This document shows positions 38,892 to 47,643 of a stretch of DNA of 64,000 bases, one piece after another; position 1 is the first letter of the stretch; each line of letters opens with the position of its first letter. A program made the translations under genes and the position numbers. Source of the DNA: Escherichia phage vB_EcoM-G3F7; sequence record MZ234035.1. The stretch is one strand, 5' to 3'. The notes beneath the pieces are model-generated. The model ran no database searches. It saw only the letters and a list, made by a program, of their open reading frames with translations, and was not told the DNA's origin.

Positions 38892-39074
38892 ATGGATTTA
38901 TTTGAGATGTTAGAAGATAATCATTCTACGAATATCCAGAATGATTCTAGTGATTATAAGAAAGAGTACCGTATAGTATTACAGAATTATGGAATTGAAG
39001 CCCCAGATGCTCTTCTAGAAGAACTAGCTTCATACCATCTTGACCCTCCGCCTTGGGCTCCTTGGGCAAAATAA
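38892..39074 (+). CDS. hypothetical acidic protein
   Basis: 60-aa ORF. Confidence 0.4.
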   Translation: MDLFEMLEDNHSTNIQNDSSDYKKEYRIVLQNYGIEAPDALLEELASYHLDPPPWAPWAK

Positions 39075-39085
39075 TTCAAAAAGTT

Positions 39086-39115
39086 GTTTACTTTCCTTTC
39101 TAACGATGATATGAT
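39086..39115 (+). promoter_or_regulatory. T4-type early promoter upstream of modB
   Basis: GTTTAC, 18-nt spacer, TATGAT. Confidence 0.45.
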
Positions 39116-39141
39116 AGCTTCTGAAGTATACGGAGGCTATC

Positions 39142-39765
39142 ATGATTATTAATCTTGCAGATGTTGAACAGTTATCTATAAAAGCTGAAAGCGTTGATTT
39201 TCAATATGATATGTATAAAAAGGTCTGTGAAAAATTTACTGACTTTGAGCAGTCTGTTCTTTGGCAATGTATGGAAGCTAAAAAGAATGAAGAGCTTCAT
39301 CGGCAATTGAATAAAATCATTAAAAAGCATTTAACTAAATCGCCTTATCAGTTATATCGTGGTATATCAAAATCGACAAAAGAACTTATTAAAGATTTAC
39401 AAGTTGGAGAAGTGTTTTCAACGAACAGGGTAGATTCATTTACTACTAGTTTGCATACAGCGTGTTCTTTTTCTTATGCTGAATATTTTACTAAAATAAT
39501 ACTTCGTTTAAAAACTAATAAAGCTTTTAATTATTCTGACCATATCAGCGATATTATACTTTCTTCTCCTAATACTGAGTTTAAGTACACGTATGAAGAT
39601 ACTGATGGGCTAGATTCAGAGCGTACTGATAACTTAATGATGATTGTGCGTGAACAAGAATGGATGATTCCAATTGGAAAGTATAGAATAACTTCTATTT
39701 CAAAAGAAAAATTACACGATTCATTTGGAACATTTAAAGTTTATGATATTGAGGTAGTTGAATGA
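39142..39765 (+). CDS. modB: ADP-ribosyltransferase ModB-like
   Basis: 207 aa; R...STN...E-x-E-like motifs (YRGIS, EQEWMIP). Confidence 0.6.
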   Translation: MIINLADVEQLSIKAESVDFQYDMYKKVCEKFTDFEQSVLWQCMEAKKNEELHRQLNKIIKKHLTKSPYQLYRGISKSTKELIKDLQVGEVFSTNRVDSFTTSLHTACSFSYAEYFTKIILRLKTNKAFNYSDHISDIILSSPNTEFKYTYEDTDGLDSERTDNLMMIVREQEWMIPIGKYRITSISKEKLHDSFGTFKVYDIEVVE

Positions 39766-40364
39766 AATACTCAGTAATGCAACTAAAAGATTTTAAAATA
39801 AAATCAATGGATGCATCGGTGCGTGCTTCTATTCGTGAAGAATTACTTTCTGAAGGGTTTAATTTATCTGAAATTGAACTTTTAATTCATTGTATTACTA
39901 ATAAGCCAGATGACCATACTTGGTTAAATGAAATAATCAAATCTCGTTTGGTTCCAAACGATAAACCTCTTTGGAGAGGTGTTCCAGCTGAGACTAAACA
40001 AGTATTAAATCAAGGAATTGATATTATTACATTTGATAAAGTCGTATCAGCTTCATATGATAAAAATATAGCTCTACATTTTGCTTCCGGTTTAGAGTAT
40101 AACACACAAGTTATTTTTGAATTCAAAGCTCCTATGGTATTCAATTTCCAGGAGTATGCTATAAAAGCTCTGCGCTGTAAAGAATACAATCCAAACTTTA
40201 AGTTTCCGGATAGCCATCGTTATCGTAATATGGAATTAGTTTCAGATGAACAAGAAGTAATGATACCAGCTGGAAGTGTATTTAGAATTGCAGATAGATA
40301 TGAGTATAAAAAGTATTCAACATACACTATCTATACTCTTGATTTTGAAGGATTTAATCTATAA
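39762..40364 (+). CDS. modA: ADP-ribosyltransferase ModA-like
   Basis: 200 aa; paralog of upstream ORF (WRGV, EQEVMIP). Confidence 0.6.
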   Translation: MKYSVMQLKDFKIKSMDASVRASIREELLSEGFNLSEIELLIHCITNKPDDHTWLNEIIKSRLVPNDKPLWRGVPAETKQVLNQGIDIITFDKVVSASYDKNIALHFASGLEYNTQVIFEFKAPMVFNFQEYAIKALRCKEYNPNFKFPDSHRYRNMELVSDEQEVMIPAGSVFRIADRYEYKKYSTYTIYTLDFEGFNL

Positions 40365-40420
40365 TGGAAGGACTTAGATTCATTATACCATGAAATTTTT
40401 GAAGCATTTTTCATAAAATT

Positions 40421-40450
40421 GTTTACAAGCCAAGGTAAAAATGTTATAGT
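40421..40450 (+). promoter_or_regulatory. T4-type early promoter
   Basis: GTTTAC, 18-nt spacer, TATAGT. Confidence 0.5.
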
Positions 40451-40485
40451 ATAGTAGTCAATCGTCCGTAAGATGTGAGAAAAAT

Positions 40486-41232
40486 ATGAAACTGTCTAAT
40501 AATCAAATTCGTAAAATTAAACGTCGTTTAGAGCACACTCAGGCATCTGCAAAAAGACGTTCTAAAGATTTTAACTTAGACTTCAATTACATTAAGAATA
40601 TTTTAGATCAAAAAGTTTGTGCCTATTCAGGAGAACCTTTTGATAATCGTATTGAAGGAGAGAAATTATCATTAGAACGTTTTGATAATAACATTGGATA
40701 CATTAAAGGGAATGTTATTGCAGTAAAGAAAAAGTATAATACATTTCGTTCTGATTATACTTTAGAAGAGTTGATTGAAAAACGGGATTTATTTGCTTTG
40801 CGAATTGGTCGTTCATCTGCGAAAAAAGTTCATAAACTAAATTTAGATGAAAAGAAATGGGCTAAAATCAAAAAGACTTATAATCAAATTAAAGCTATAC
40901 AGAAAAAGCGTGAAAATCGAATTGAACACATTTCTCAGCTTTCTAAATCAAAACAGACCTCTGACATTAAGCTAAGAATTATAGCACTTAAAGCTCGTAT
41001 TGATGGTTCTCGCATAGCAGAAGGCGCTGAAGTTGTTAAACTGAACGTTCTTCTTAAAGGCTCGGATTGGAAAATTGTGAAAAAGTTGTCAGAAGCAGAA
41101 ATGCAATATGATGTGTGTGATAAAATTATTCAAGGTGTAGAGCGGTATCAAAACTTGTCTTTTATTGATAAACTTAAACTGAAAAGAGGATACCCGCTAA
41201 ATTGTTCAATTTTTAAACTTATCCGAGGATAA
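40486..41232 (+). CDS. srd: hypothetical protein, Srd-like by position
   Basis: 248-aa basic ORF between modA and dda; identity by synteny only. Confidence 0.35.
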   Translation: MKLSNNQIRKIKRRLEHTQASAKRRSKDFNLDFNYIKNILDQKVCAYSGEPFDNRIEGEKLSLERFDNNIGYIKGNVIAVKKKYNTFRSDYTLEELIEKRDLFALRIGRSSAKKVHKLNLDEKKWAKIKKTYNQIKAIQKKRENRIEHISQLSKSKQTSDIKLRIIALKARIDGSRIAEGAEVVKLNVLLKGSDWKIVKKLSEAEMQYDVCDKIIQGVERYQNLSFIDKLKLKRGYPLNCSIFKLIRG

Positions 41233-41233
41233 T

Positions 41234-41545
41234 ATGGTTTATGTATATGCGATAGTTTACCGAGACAAAGACGGATTTACGGCGCCAGTTCCACTTGATG
41301 AACATCGTCCTGCTGTGTTTTTTGAAAGAGAGATTGCTGATAGAGTTTTTACTACTCTCAAAGACCAATATAAACTAGCTTTAGGTATGGGAATTCCAAG
41401 ACTAGTTGAGACTCCACGCAAGTTTTGGTTTAATAAAATAGAAGTTAAACATGTTAAGCCTGATGTAGATACACAAAGATTATATCAACGAATTCTAGAT
41501 ACTGGGCGTATTGTTAGTATTCCAATTGCAGGGACTTTCCGATGA
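41234..41545 (+). CDS. hypothetical protein (dda.1 position)
   Basis: 103-aa ORF. Confidence 0.5.
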   Translation: MVYVYAIVYRDKDGFTAPVPLDEHRPAVFFEREIADRVFTTLKDQYKLALGMGIPRLVETPRKFWFNKIEVKHVKPDVDTQRLYQRILDTGRIVSIPIAGTFR

Positions 41546-42861
41546 CATTTGATGATTTGACAGAAGGCCAGAAAAATGCCTTTAACATCGTTATGAGGGC
41601 TATTAAAGAAAAGAAACATCATGTAACTATTAATGGACCTGCTGGTACTGGTAAGACTACTCTTACTAAGTTCATCATTGAAGCTTTAATATCTACGGGT
41701 GAAACTGGTATTATTTTAGCAGCTCCTACACATGCAGCTAAAAAGATTCTTTCAAAACTGTCGGGGAAAGAAGCGAGTACTATTCACAGTATTCTTAAAA
41801 TTAACCCAGTTACGTATGAAGAAAACGTTCTTTTTGAACAGAAGGAAGTACCAGATTTAGCTAAATGCAGGGTATTAATCTGCGACGAAGCGTCAATGTA
41901 TGATAGAAAGCTATTTAAAATTCTGCTTTCAACTATTCCACCTTGGTGTACTATAATTGGAATAGGTGATAATAAGCAAATTAGACCTGTTGATCCAGGA
42001 GAAAATACTGCTTATATCAGTCCATTCTTTACACATAAAGATTTTTATCAGTGTGAACTCACTGAAGTTAAACGCAGTAATGCTCCTATTATTGATGTAG
42101 CTACTGACGTTCGTAACGGTAAGTGGATTTATGATAAAGTTGTTGACGGGCATGGAGTACGTGGATTTACTGGTGATACCGCTTTACGCGATTTTATGGT
42201 AAATTATTTTTCAATCGTCAAATCTCTAGATGATTTGTTTGAAAATCGCGTAATGGCATTTACGAATAAATCTGTTGACAAGTTAAATAGCATTATTCGT
42301 AAAAAGATTTTTGAAACTGATAAAGATTTTATTGTCGGTGAAATTATTGTAATGCAGGAACCATTAATTAAAACATATAAAATTGATGGAAAGCCTGTGT
42401 CAGAAATTATTTTTAATAACGGACAATTAGTTCGTATTATAGAAGCAGAGTATACATCAACATTTGTTAAAGCTCGTGGTGTTTCTGGAGAATACTTAAT
42501 TCGTCATTGGGATTTAACAGTAGAAACTTACGGCGATGATGAATATTATCGTGAAAAGATTAAAATAATTTCATCTGATGAAGAGCTATATAAGTTTAAC
42601 CTATTTTTAGGTAAAACAGCAGAAACTTATAAAAACTGGAATAAGGGTGGAAAAGCTCCATGGAGTGATTTTTGGGATGCTAAATCACAGTTTAGTAAAG
42701 TGAAAGCACTTCCTGCATCAACATTCCATAAAGCGCAGGGTATGTCTGTAGACCGTGCTTTCATCTATACACCTTGTATTCATTATGCAGATGCTGAATT
42801 GGCTCAACAACTTCTTTATGTTGGTGTTACCCGTGGTCGTTATGACGTATTTTATGTGTGA
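41542..42861 (+). CDS. dda: DNA helicase Dda (SF1)
   Basis: 439 aa; Walker A GPAGTGKTT. Confidence 0.9.
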   Translation: MTFDDLTEGQKNAFNIVMRAIKEKKHHVTINGPAGTGKTTLTKFIIEALISTGETGIILAAPTHAAKKILSKLSGKEASTIHSILKINPVTYEENVLFEQKEVPDLAKCRVLICDEASMYDRKLFKILLSTIPPWCTIIGIGDNKQIRPVDPGENTAYISPFFTHKDFYQCELTEVKRSNAPIIDVATDVRNGKWIYDKVVDGHGVRGFTGDTALRDFMVNYFSIVKSLDDLFENRVMAFTNKSVDKLNSIIRKKIFETDKDFIVGEIIVMQEPLIKTYKIDGKPVSEIIFNNGQLVRIIEAEYTSTFVKARGVSGEYLIRHWDLTVETYGDDEYYREKIKIISSDEELYKFNLFLGKTAETYKNWNKGGKAPWSDFWDAKSQFSKVKALPASTFHKAQGMSVDRAFIYTPCIHYADAELAQQLLYVGVTRGRYDVFYV

Positions 42862-42867
42862 GGATAT

Positions 42868-43128
42868 ATGATTAACATCAATTCAAAATATTTAAATCGT
42901 CTAATAGATTGTATAAGGAAGCATACTAATAAGCAAGATAATCTCGATGTTATGGTAACAGGAGCTGAGCTCCTTCATAAGCTTTATCTTATAAGTGATA
43001 CTATATTAGCAATTAAACGAATTGAAAAACAATCATATCACAGTAATACAGATACGGTAATTACACTAGATGAAAGTGTCTGTAAATTACTAATTAAATT
43101 TGAGGAAGCTATTCGTGGAAATAACTAA
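42868..43128 (+). CDS. small hypothetical protein, paralog 1 of 3
   Basis: 86-aa ORF. Confidence 0.45.
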   Translation: MININSKYLNRLIDCIRKHTNKQDNLDVMVTGAELLHKLYLISDTILAIKRIEKQSYHSNTDTVITLDESVCKLLIKFEEAIRGNN

Positions 43129-43360
43129 AGACCAGTTTTATCTGCTTCAAGATAAAGTGAGCGAAATTTATGAAATAGCTTATAGTAAAAATCGTGAAAC
43201 TGTAAAAATTGAATCTAGTAAGTTGATGCTTCAATTAGAAGAAATTGAACGAGATTTAATTGCGTTAGAATTCTTTTGTGGTGAAGTGAAAACTGTCACA
43301 ATCAGTGATTATGTTTTAGGTGAAATTAGCTATCTTTATAAGGCGATTATTAATGATTGA
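43100..43360 (+). CDS. small hypothetical protein, paralog 2 of 3
   Basis: 86-aa ORF; tail TVTISDYVLGEISYLYKAI resembles next ORF. Confidence 0.45.
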   Translation: MRKLFVEITKDQFYLLQDKVSEIYEIAYSKNRETVKIESSKLMLQLEEIERDLIALEFFCGEVKTVTISDYVLGEISYLYKAIIND

Positions 43361-43595
43361 ATTAAGTTGGTGTCAGTTTAAATCTCTTATGACAAATGTT
43401 AAAGCTGTCATTGAGAAAAATTCTGGTCCTGAAAATATTACTATTCGCGAAAAAGCTTTAAAGATAATATACAGTCTTGAAGAGATGCAAAAAGATATTG
43501 AATCTATGGCAAAATTTATTGATGAACCTATTAATAAAGTTTATATTCAAGACTATACTGTAGGCCAAATTCGCGATTTAGCGAGGAAAATTTAA
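43320..43595 (+). CDS. small hypothetical protein, paralog 3 of 3
   Basis: 91-aa ORF; tail KVYIQDYTVGQIRDLARKI. Confidence 0.45.
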   Translation: MKLAIFIRRLLMIELSWCQFKSLMTNVKAVIEKNSGPENITIREKALKIIYSLEEMQKDIESMAKFIDEPINKVYIQDYTVGQIRDLARKI

Positions 43596-44278
43596 TGTTT
43601 GATTTTATTATAGATTTTGAAACAATGGGAAGTGGTGAAAAAGCAGCTGTTATTGATTTAGCTGTAATTGCTTTTGACCCTAACCCAGAAGTAGTTGAAA
43701 CATTTGATGAATTAGTTTCACGCGGCATTAAAATCAAATTTGATTTAAAAAGCCAAAAAGGACATCGTCTTTTTACTAAAAGCACTATCGAATGGTGGAA
43801 AAATCAGTCTCCTGAAGCTCGAAAAAATATTGCACCGTCCGATGAAGATGTAAGCACTATCGACGGTATTGCGAAATTTAATGATTACATCAATGCACAT
43901 AATATCGATCCTTGGAAATCTCAAGGCTGGTGCCGTGGAATGTCGTTTGATTTTCCAATTTTAGTCGATCTCATTCGTGATATTCAACGTCTTAATGGTG
44001 TTTCTGAGAATGAACTTGACACATTTAAGTTAGAACCATGTAAATTCTGGAATCAGCGTGATATTCGTACCAGAATTGAAGCACTTCTGCTTGTTCGTGA
44101 TATGACCACGTGTCCTCTTCCAAAAGGAACTTTAGATGGATTCGTTGCGCATGATTCTATTCATGACTGCGCGAAAGACATCCTGATGATGAAGTACGCT
44201 TTGCGATATGCTATGGGTCTTGAAGATGCTCCATCAGAGGAAGATTGCGATCCTCTATCTCTTCCAACAAAACGATAA
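43595..44278 (+). CDS. dexA: exonuclease A DexA
   Basis: 227 aa; DEDD-like exonuclease; matches T4 DexA length. Confidence 0.8.
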   Translation: MFDFIIDFETMGSGEKAAVIDLAVIAFDPNPEVVETFDELVSRGIKIKFDLKSQKGHRLFTKSTIEWWKNQSPEARKNIAPSDEDVSTIDGIAKFNDYINAHNIDPWKSQGWCRGMSFDFPILVDLIRDIQRLNGVSENELDTFKLEPCKFWNQRDIRTRIEALLLVRDMTTCPLPKGTLDGFVAHDSIHDCAKDILMMKYALRYAMGLEDAPSEEDCDPLSLPTKR

Positions 44279-44284
44279 AAAGTT

Positions 44285-44314
44285 GTTTACTTCCTCGGTT
44301 AGTTGTGGTATTAT
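44285..44314 (+). promoter_or_regulatory. T4-type early promoter
   Basis: GTTTAC, 18-nt spacer with TGG, TATTAT. Confidence 0.55.
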
Positions 44315-44341
44315 AACACCATAGCTACTGAGGATAATAAA

Positions 44342-44842
44342 ATGAAAATTTATCGTGTTGAATCATCGTTTAGTATTCTTGATTATGAAGATGCTATAAC
44401 AATACGTCGAAATCTTTGTGTTCAAATAACGCCGTACAGGAGTATAATAGATTCATGGAGCGAAGAGTGGCTATTACACGTAGGTTATGACAGACCTAAT
44501 TTTATGCATCATAGCGATAATAATAAAAGAATTCCTTTACCACACGAAGATAAACTATTAGTTAAAAACGCTAATATAGTAATTAATACTAAGTTCAAGA
44601 AAGATTATGTTGGAGTAGAATATCATATTCCAGGATGGTTTATAGCTCTTTATCATTTTGCTTTCGCTAGCGAATATGATATGATGAGATGGTTCACACG
44701 AGAAGAGCGTGAAGAATTAGCTTCGAAAGGATTTTATCTTGCTGTATACGAAGTACCAGATGACCAAGTTATCGTTGGCGGGCATCAAGTAATGTTCCGT
44801 AAATCCCATGCTGAACTTGTAGATTTTATTGAAATGAGATAA
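44342..44842 (+). CDS. hypothetical protein
   Basis: 166 aa from ATG 44342 downstream of early promoter 44285-44314. Confidence 0.5.
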   Translation: MKIYRVESSFSILDYEDAITIRRNLCVQITPYRSIIDSWSEEWLLHVGYDRPNFMHHSDNNKRIPLPHEDKLLVKNANIVINTKFKKDYVGVEYHIPGWFIALYHFAFASEYDMMRWFTREEREELASKGFYLAVYEVPDDQVIVGGHQVMFRKSHAELVDFIEMR

Positions 44843-44844
44843 TT

Positions 44845-45390
44845 ATGAAATTTAATTATAATCCTGAATACACACCGAATCCGGCAGCTAAACTGATTGA
44901 TTTTGACGTTGTAAGTACTTATGTATGCCCTGTTAAACCACTGGAAATTAAGGAACCTACTATGACTACCGCTATTGAAATCGGCAAAACCTACAAACTG
45001 GTTGAACCTAAAATTAAAACTAATGCCTTGATTTCTGGTCATAAAACTCTGACTGATGTTTTTGGCGAAGGCGAATTTATTGTTGAAGAATTTGCCAAAA
45101 GTGAGTGGTTTGACAAATCTTACGTCATCCACGGTCGCCGGTTAGATAATAACAAAATAAAGAAAAACCTGGTTTATGAAGATGAGTTCATCCTGTTCCA
45201 AGAAGTTGAAGAACAAGACCCTACAGACCTGTTGTGTGCTGCTGTGTCTATCCGTCGTCCTTTTGATAATCCTATCTGTGGTTGGGTAACAGACCAGTGG
45301 ATTGAAGATGGTGTTGAGCTTCTGAACGTTGTCCATGCAGGAGATTTTAGTGTAGTACCTCGTAGTGCGGTGGTAGCTATTTTGAATTAA
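44845..45390 (+). CDS. MotB-family paralog
   Basis: 181-aa ORF; C-terminus WIEDGVELLNVVHAGDFSVVP resembles next ORF. Confidence 0.5.
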   Translation: MKFNYNPEYTPNPAAKLIDFDVVSTYVCPVKPLEIKEPTMTTAIEIGKTYKLVEPKIKTNALISGHKTLTDVFGEGEFIVEEFAKSEWFDKSYVIHGRRLDNNKIKKNLVYEDEFILFQEVEEQDPTDLLCAAVSIRRPFDNPICGWVTDQWIEDGVELLNVVHAGDFSVVPRSAVVAILN

Positions 45391-45392
45391 TA

Positions 45393-45422
45393 GTTTACAA
45401 ACTCTTGGGACCAGAGTATAAT
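45393..45422 (+). promoter_or_regulatory. T4-type early promoter upstream of motB
   Basis: GTTTAC, 18-nt spacer, TATAAT. Confidence 0.55.
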
Positions 45423-45466
45423 GGTCCTGTGGAGTATAAAATCTTTTTAACAAGTGAGAGATAACT

Positions 45467-45955
45467 ATGATTATTAATATTGGTGAAATTGCTCGTGTAT
45501 CTGATAAATCCCGTTCTAAAGCAGCAGGAAAATTGGTCGAAGTTGTAAGCATTCAGCTTAAACACGGTGTTAAAGATGAAGATTCTGAAGTAAAAGTACG
45601 TATCATTGCTAAAGATGGAATGTCTAAGCCCCAGTTTGGTTATGTTCGATGGAAATTTCTTGAGCCTGCGTTTTTGAAAGCTGTTCCTGCTAAAGGAATT
45701 GAAACGATTGATACTTCGCATGTAGGTGTAGACTTTAAGTGGAAACTCGGTCAAGCTATCAAGTTCATTGCTCCTTGTGAATTTAAATTTATCAAAGATG
45801 ATGGAAAGGCTGTTTATACTCGCGCTATGTGTGGATACATTACCGATCAATGGGTAGAAGATGGCGTTAAGTTGTACAACGTGGTATTTTTAGGAACATA
45901 TAAAGTCATTCCTGAAAGTTGGATTAAACACTACAGCAATGCTCTCTATGCATAA
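45467..45955 (+). CDS. motB: MotB-like protein
   Basis: 162 aa as T4 MotB; position upstream of the gene 39 cluster. Confidence 0.5.
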   Translation: MIINIGEIARVSDKSRSKAAGKLVEVVSIQLKHGVKDEDSEVKVRIIAKDGMSKPQFGYVRWKFLEPAFLKAVPAKGIETIDTSHVGVDFKWKLGQAIKFIAPCEFKFIKDDGKAVYTRAMCGYITDQWVEDGVKLYNVVFLGTYKVIPESWIKHYSNALYA

Positions 45956-46126
45956 AGTTTAAAATTTTTTCATAAAACTATATACATCAGTAGTTGATTA
46001 TGGTACTATATCAATATCAACTACTGATACAGAAAACAACTTGGAGAATAAAATGGATAATTCGTTAAAGGTGCGCTGATACTCTTCTGAAACGCATCGC
46101 TCCAATGTTCAATTAATGAGGAAATT

Positions 46127-46345
46127 ATGATGAAACGTAAAATTGTTCAGAATTGCACTAATGATGAATTTGAAGATGTATTATTCGATCCAGATTTGGT
46201 AGTAGTTCAAAAGGAACACACTATCAAGTTTACTCACTTGACTTCGGTTTATGTGTATGAAAAGGTTGGGGATAAACAACCAATTTACGGTGTATTTCGT
46301 GAAATCACTGAAGATGGTACAACTTACTGGAAGGAAATTTATTAA
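46127..46345 (+). CDS. hypothetical protein
   Basis: 72-aa ORF. Confidence 0.45.
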   Translation: MMKRKIVQNCTNDEFEDVLFDPDLVVVQKEHTIKFTHLTSVYVYEKVGDKQPIYGVFREITEDGTTYWKEIY

Positions 46346-46758
46346 TGGCTATTAAATTTGAAGTTAATAAATGGTATCAATTTAAAAATAAACAAGCTCA
46401 AGAAAATTTTATTAAAGACCATACTGATAACGGAATCTATGCACGCCGTTTAGGTATGCATCCTTTTAAAATTTTAGATGTGGATGCTCTTGGGCGTCCT
46501 ATTAAAATTATGTCATTTGCTGGAAATTTAGTACTATCTTCTGGTAAAGATATTTTGGATGAAGATTTTATTTGGCTTTCATCGAATGAAGCTGAATTCT
46601 TTAATGAAGTTGAAAATCCATACCAGGCAGCTGAAGAGCAGGAAGAATCTGCACCGATAACTGATCAATCTAAATTCCCTGTAATGAAAGTTACTATTGA
46701 AAATGATGAACAGGCATGGTCCTTGTATCAGATGTTGAAAGCTCACTTTAAGGAATAA
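46345..46758 (+). CDS. hypothetical acidic protein
   Basis: 137-aa ORF; TAATG overlap with upstream ORF. Confidence 0.5.
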   Translation: MAIKFEVNKWYQFKNKQAQENFIKDHTDNGIYARRLGMHPFKILDVDALGRPIKIMSFAGNLVLSSGKDILDEDFIWLSSNEAEFFNEVENPYQAAEEQEESAPITDQSKFPVMKVTIENDEQAWSLYQMLKAHFKE

Positions 46759-46760
46759 TT

Positions 46761-46937
46761 ATGCCGCTTTATGATTATAAATGTCAATCAAAAGACTGCG
46801 CAAAAGAATACGAAAAAATCAAGAAAATTTCTGAAAGAGATACTGATGTATGTCCTGATTGTCATCGGATTGCTATTCGGTTAGTCTCTGCCCCTAAGCA
46901 TGTGAATGGCGGATTTTACGACTTACTTAAAGGGTAA
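46761..46937 (+). CDS. FmdB-like zinc-ribbon protein
   Basis: 58-aa ORF, not in track; YDYKCQ...C...CPDC pattern. Confidence 0.4.
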   Translation: MPLYDYKCQSKDCAKEYEKIKKISERDTDVCPDCHRIAIRLVSAPKHVNGGFYDLLKG

Positions 46938-46939
46938 TT

Positions 46940-47311
46940 ATGTTTAAAATCGGTAAGAAATATCGCATTCGCGAAGGTGAAGAAAAGAAATATCTATTTT
47001 CTGCTATTTATAGGAATGGTTCTATTAATGCTGTAATATCTACAAGCGAATTTATCGTTGAAGATATGAAAGGTAATAATGTTACAATGATTAGTACAGC
47101 ATCTGGAAATGACGGAAAAATTCTTCACAGTTTTCAGAGTAATGTTCTAATTTATGATGAAGAATTTGACTTCTTCGAAGAAGTTCCCGAAGGTTTTGCT
47201 TTTGAATGCACTATCACTATGAAATCTGGTGACCCTCTTTCTTTTACAGTTAAAGATGAAGGAAGTCGCTTGAGAATTATTAGTCTTCTTCAAGCCATTA
47301 AATTTAAGTGA
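46940..47311 (+). CDS. hypothetical protein
   Basis: 123-aa ORF. Confidence 0.45.
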   Translation: MFKIGKKYRIREGEEKKYLFSAIYRNGSINAVISTSEFIVEDMKGNNVTMISTASGNDGKILHSFQSNVLIYDEEFDFFEEVPEGFAFECTITMKSGDPLSFTVKDEGSRLRIISLLQAIKFK

Positions 47312-47577
47312 AAATTATGAAATATATTAATCGTTCTATCGCGGCATTAGTATTAGCAGTGTCTTTAGTAGGATGTACTGATGCTGATAATGCAACCAAA
47401 GTTTTGTCTTCAAGCGGTTTTACTAATATTGAAATCACTGGATATAACTGGTTCGGTTGTTCTGAAAATGATTTCCAACATACTGGATTTCGTGCTATTG
47501 GACCTACTGGGCAGAAAGTAGAAGGAACAGTATGTTCTGGGCTGTTCTTTAAGGATTCAACTATTCGTTTTAAATAA
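47308..47577 (+). CDS. hypothetical lipoprotein
   Basis: 89 aa; signal peptide with LVGC lipobox; followed by terminator. Confidence 0.45.
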   Translation: MKIMKYINRSIAALVLAVSLVGCTDADNATKVLSSSGFTNIEITGYNWFGCSENDFQHTGFRAIGPTGQKVEGTVCSGLFFKDSTIRFK

Positions 47578-47597
47578 AAGGCCTTCGGGCCTTTAGC
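47577..47597 (+). terminator. intrinsic terminator upstream of gene 39
   Basis: AAAGGCC-TTCG-GGCCTTT. Confidence 0.6.
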
Positions 47598-47619
47598 TTT
47601 ATGATTACCGGAGTATAAT
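47594..47619 (+). promoter_or_regulatory. MotA-box-like middle promoter upstream of gene 39
   Basis: AGCTTTA box, 12-nt spacer, TATAAT. Confidence 0.45.
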
Positions 47620-47643
47620 ATTCCCGAAACCAAACGAGGATAA

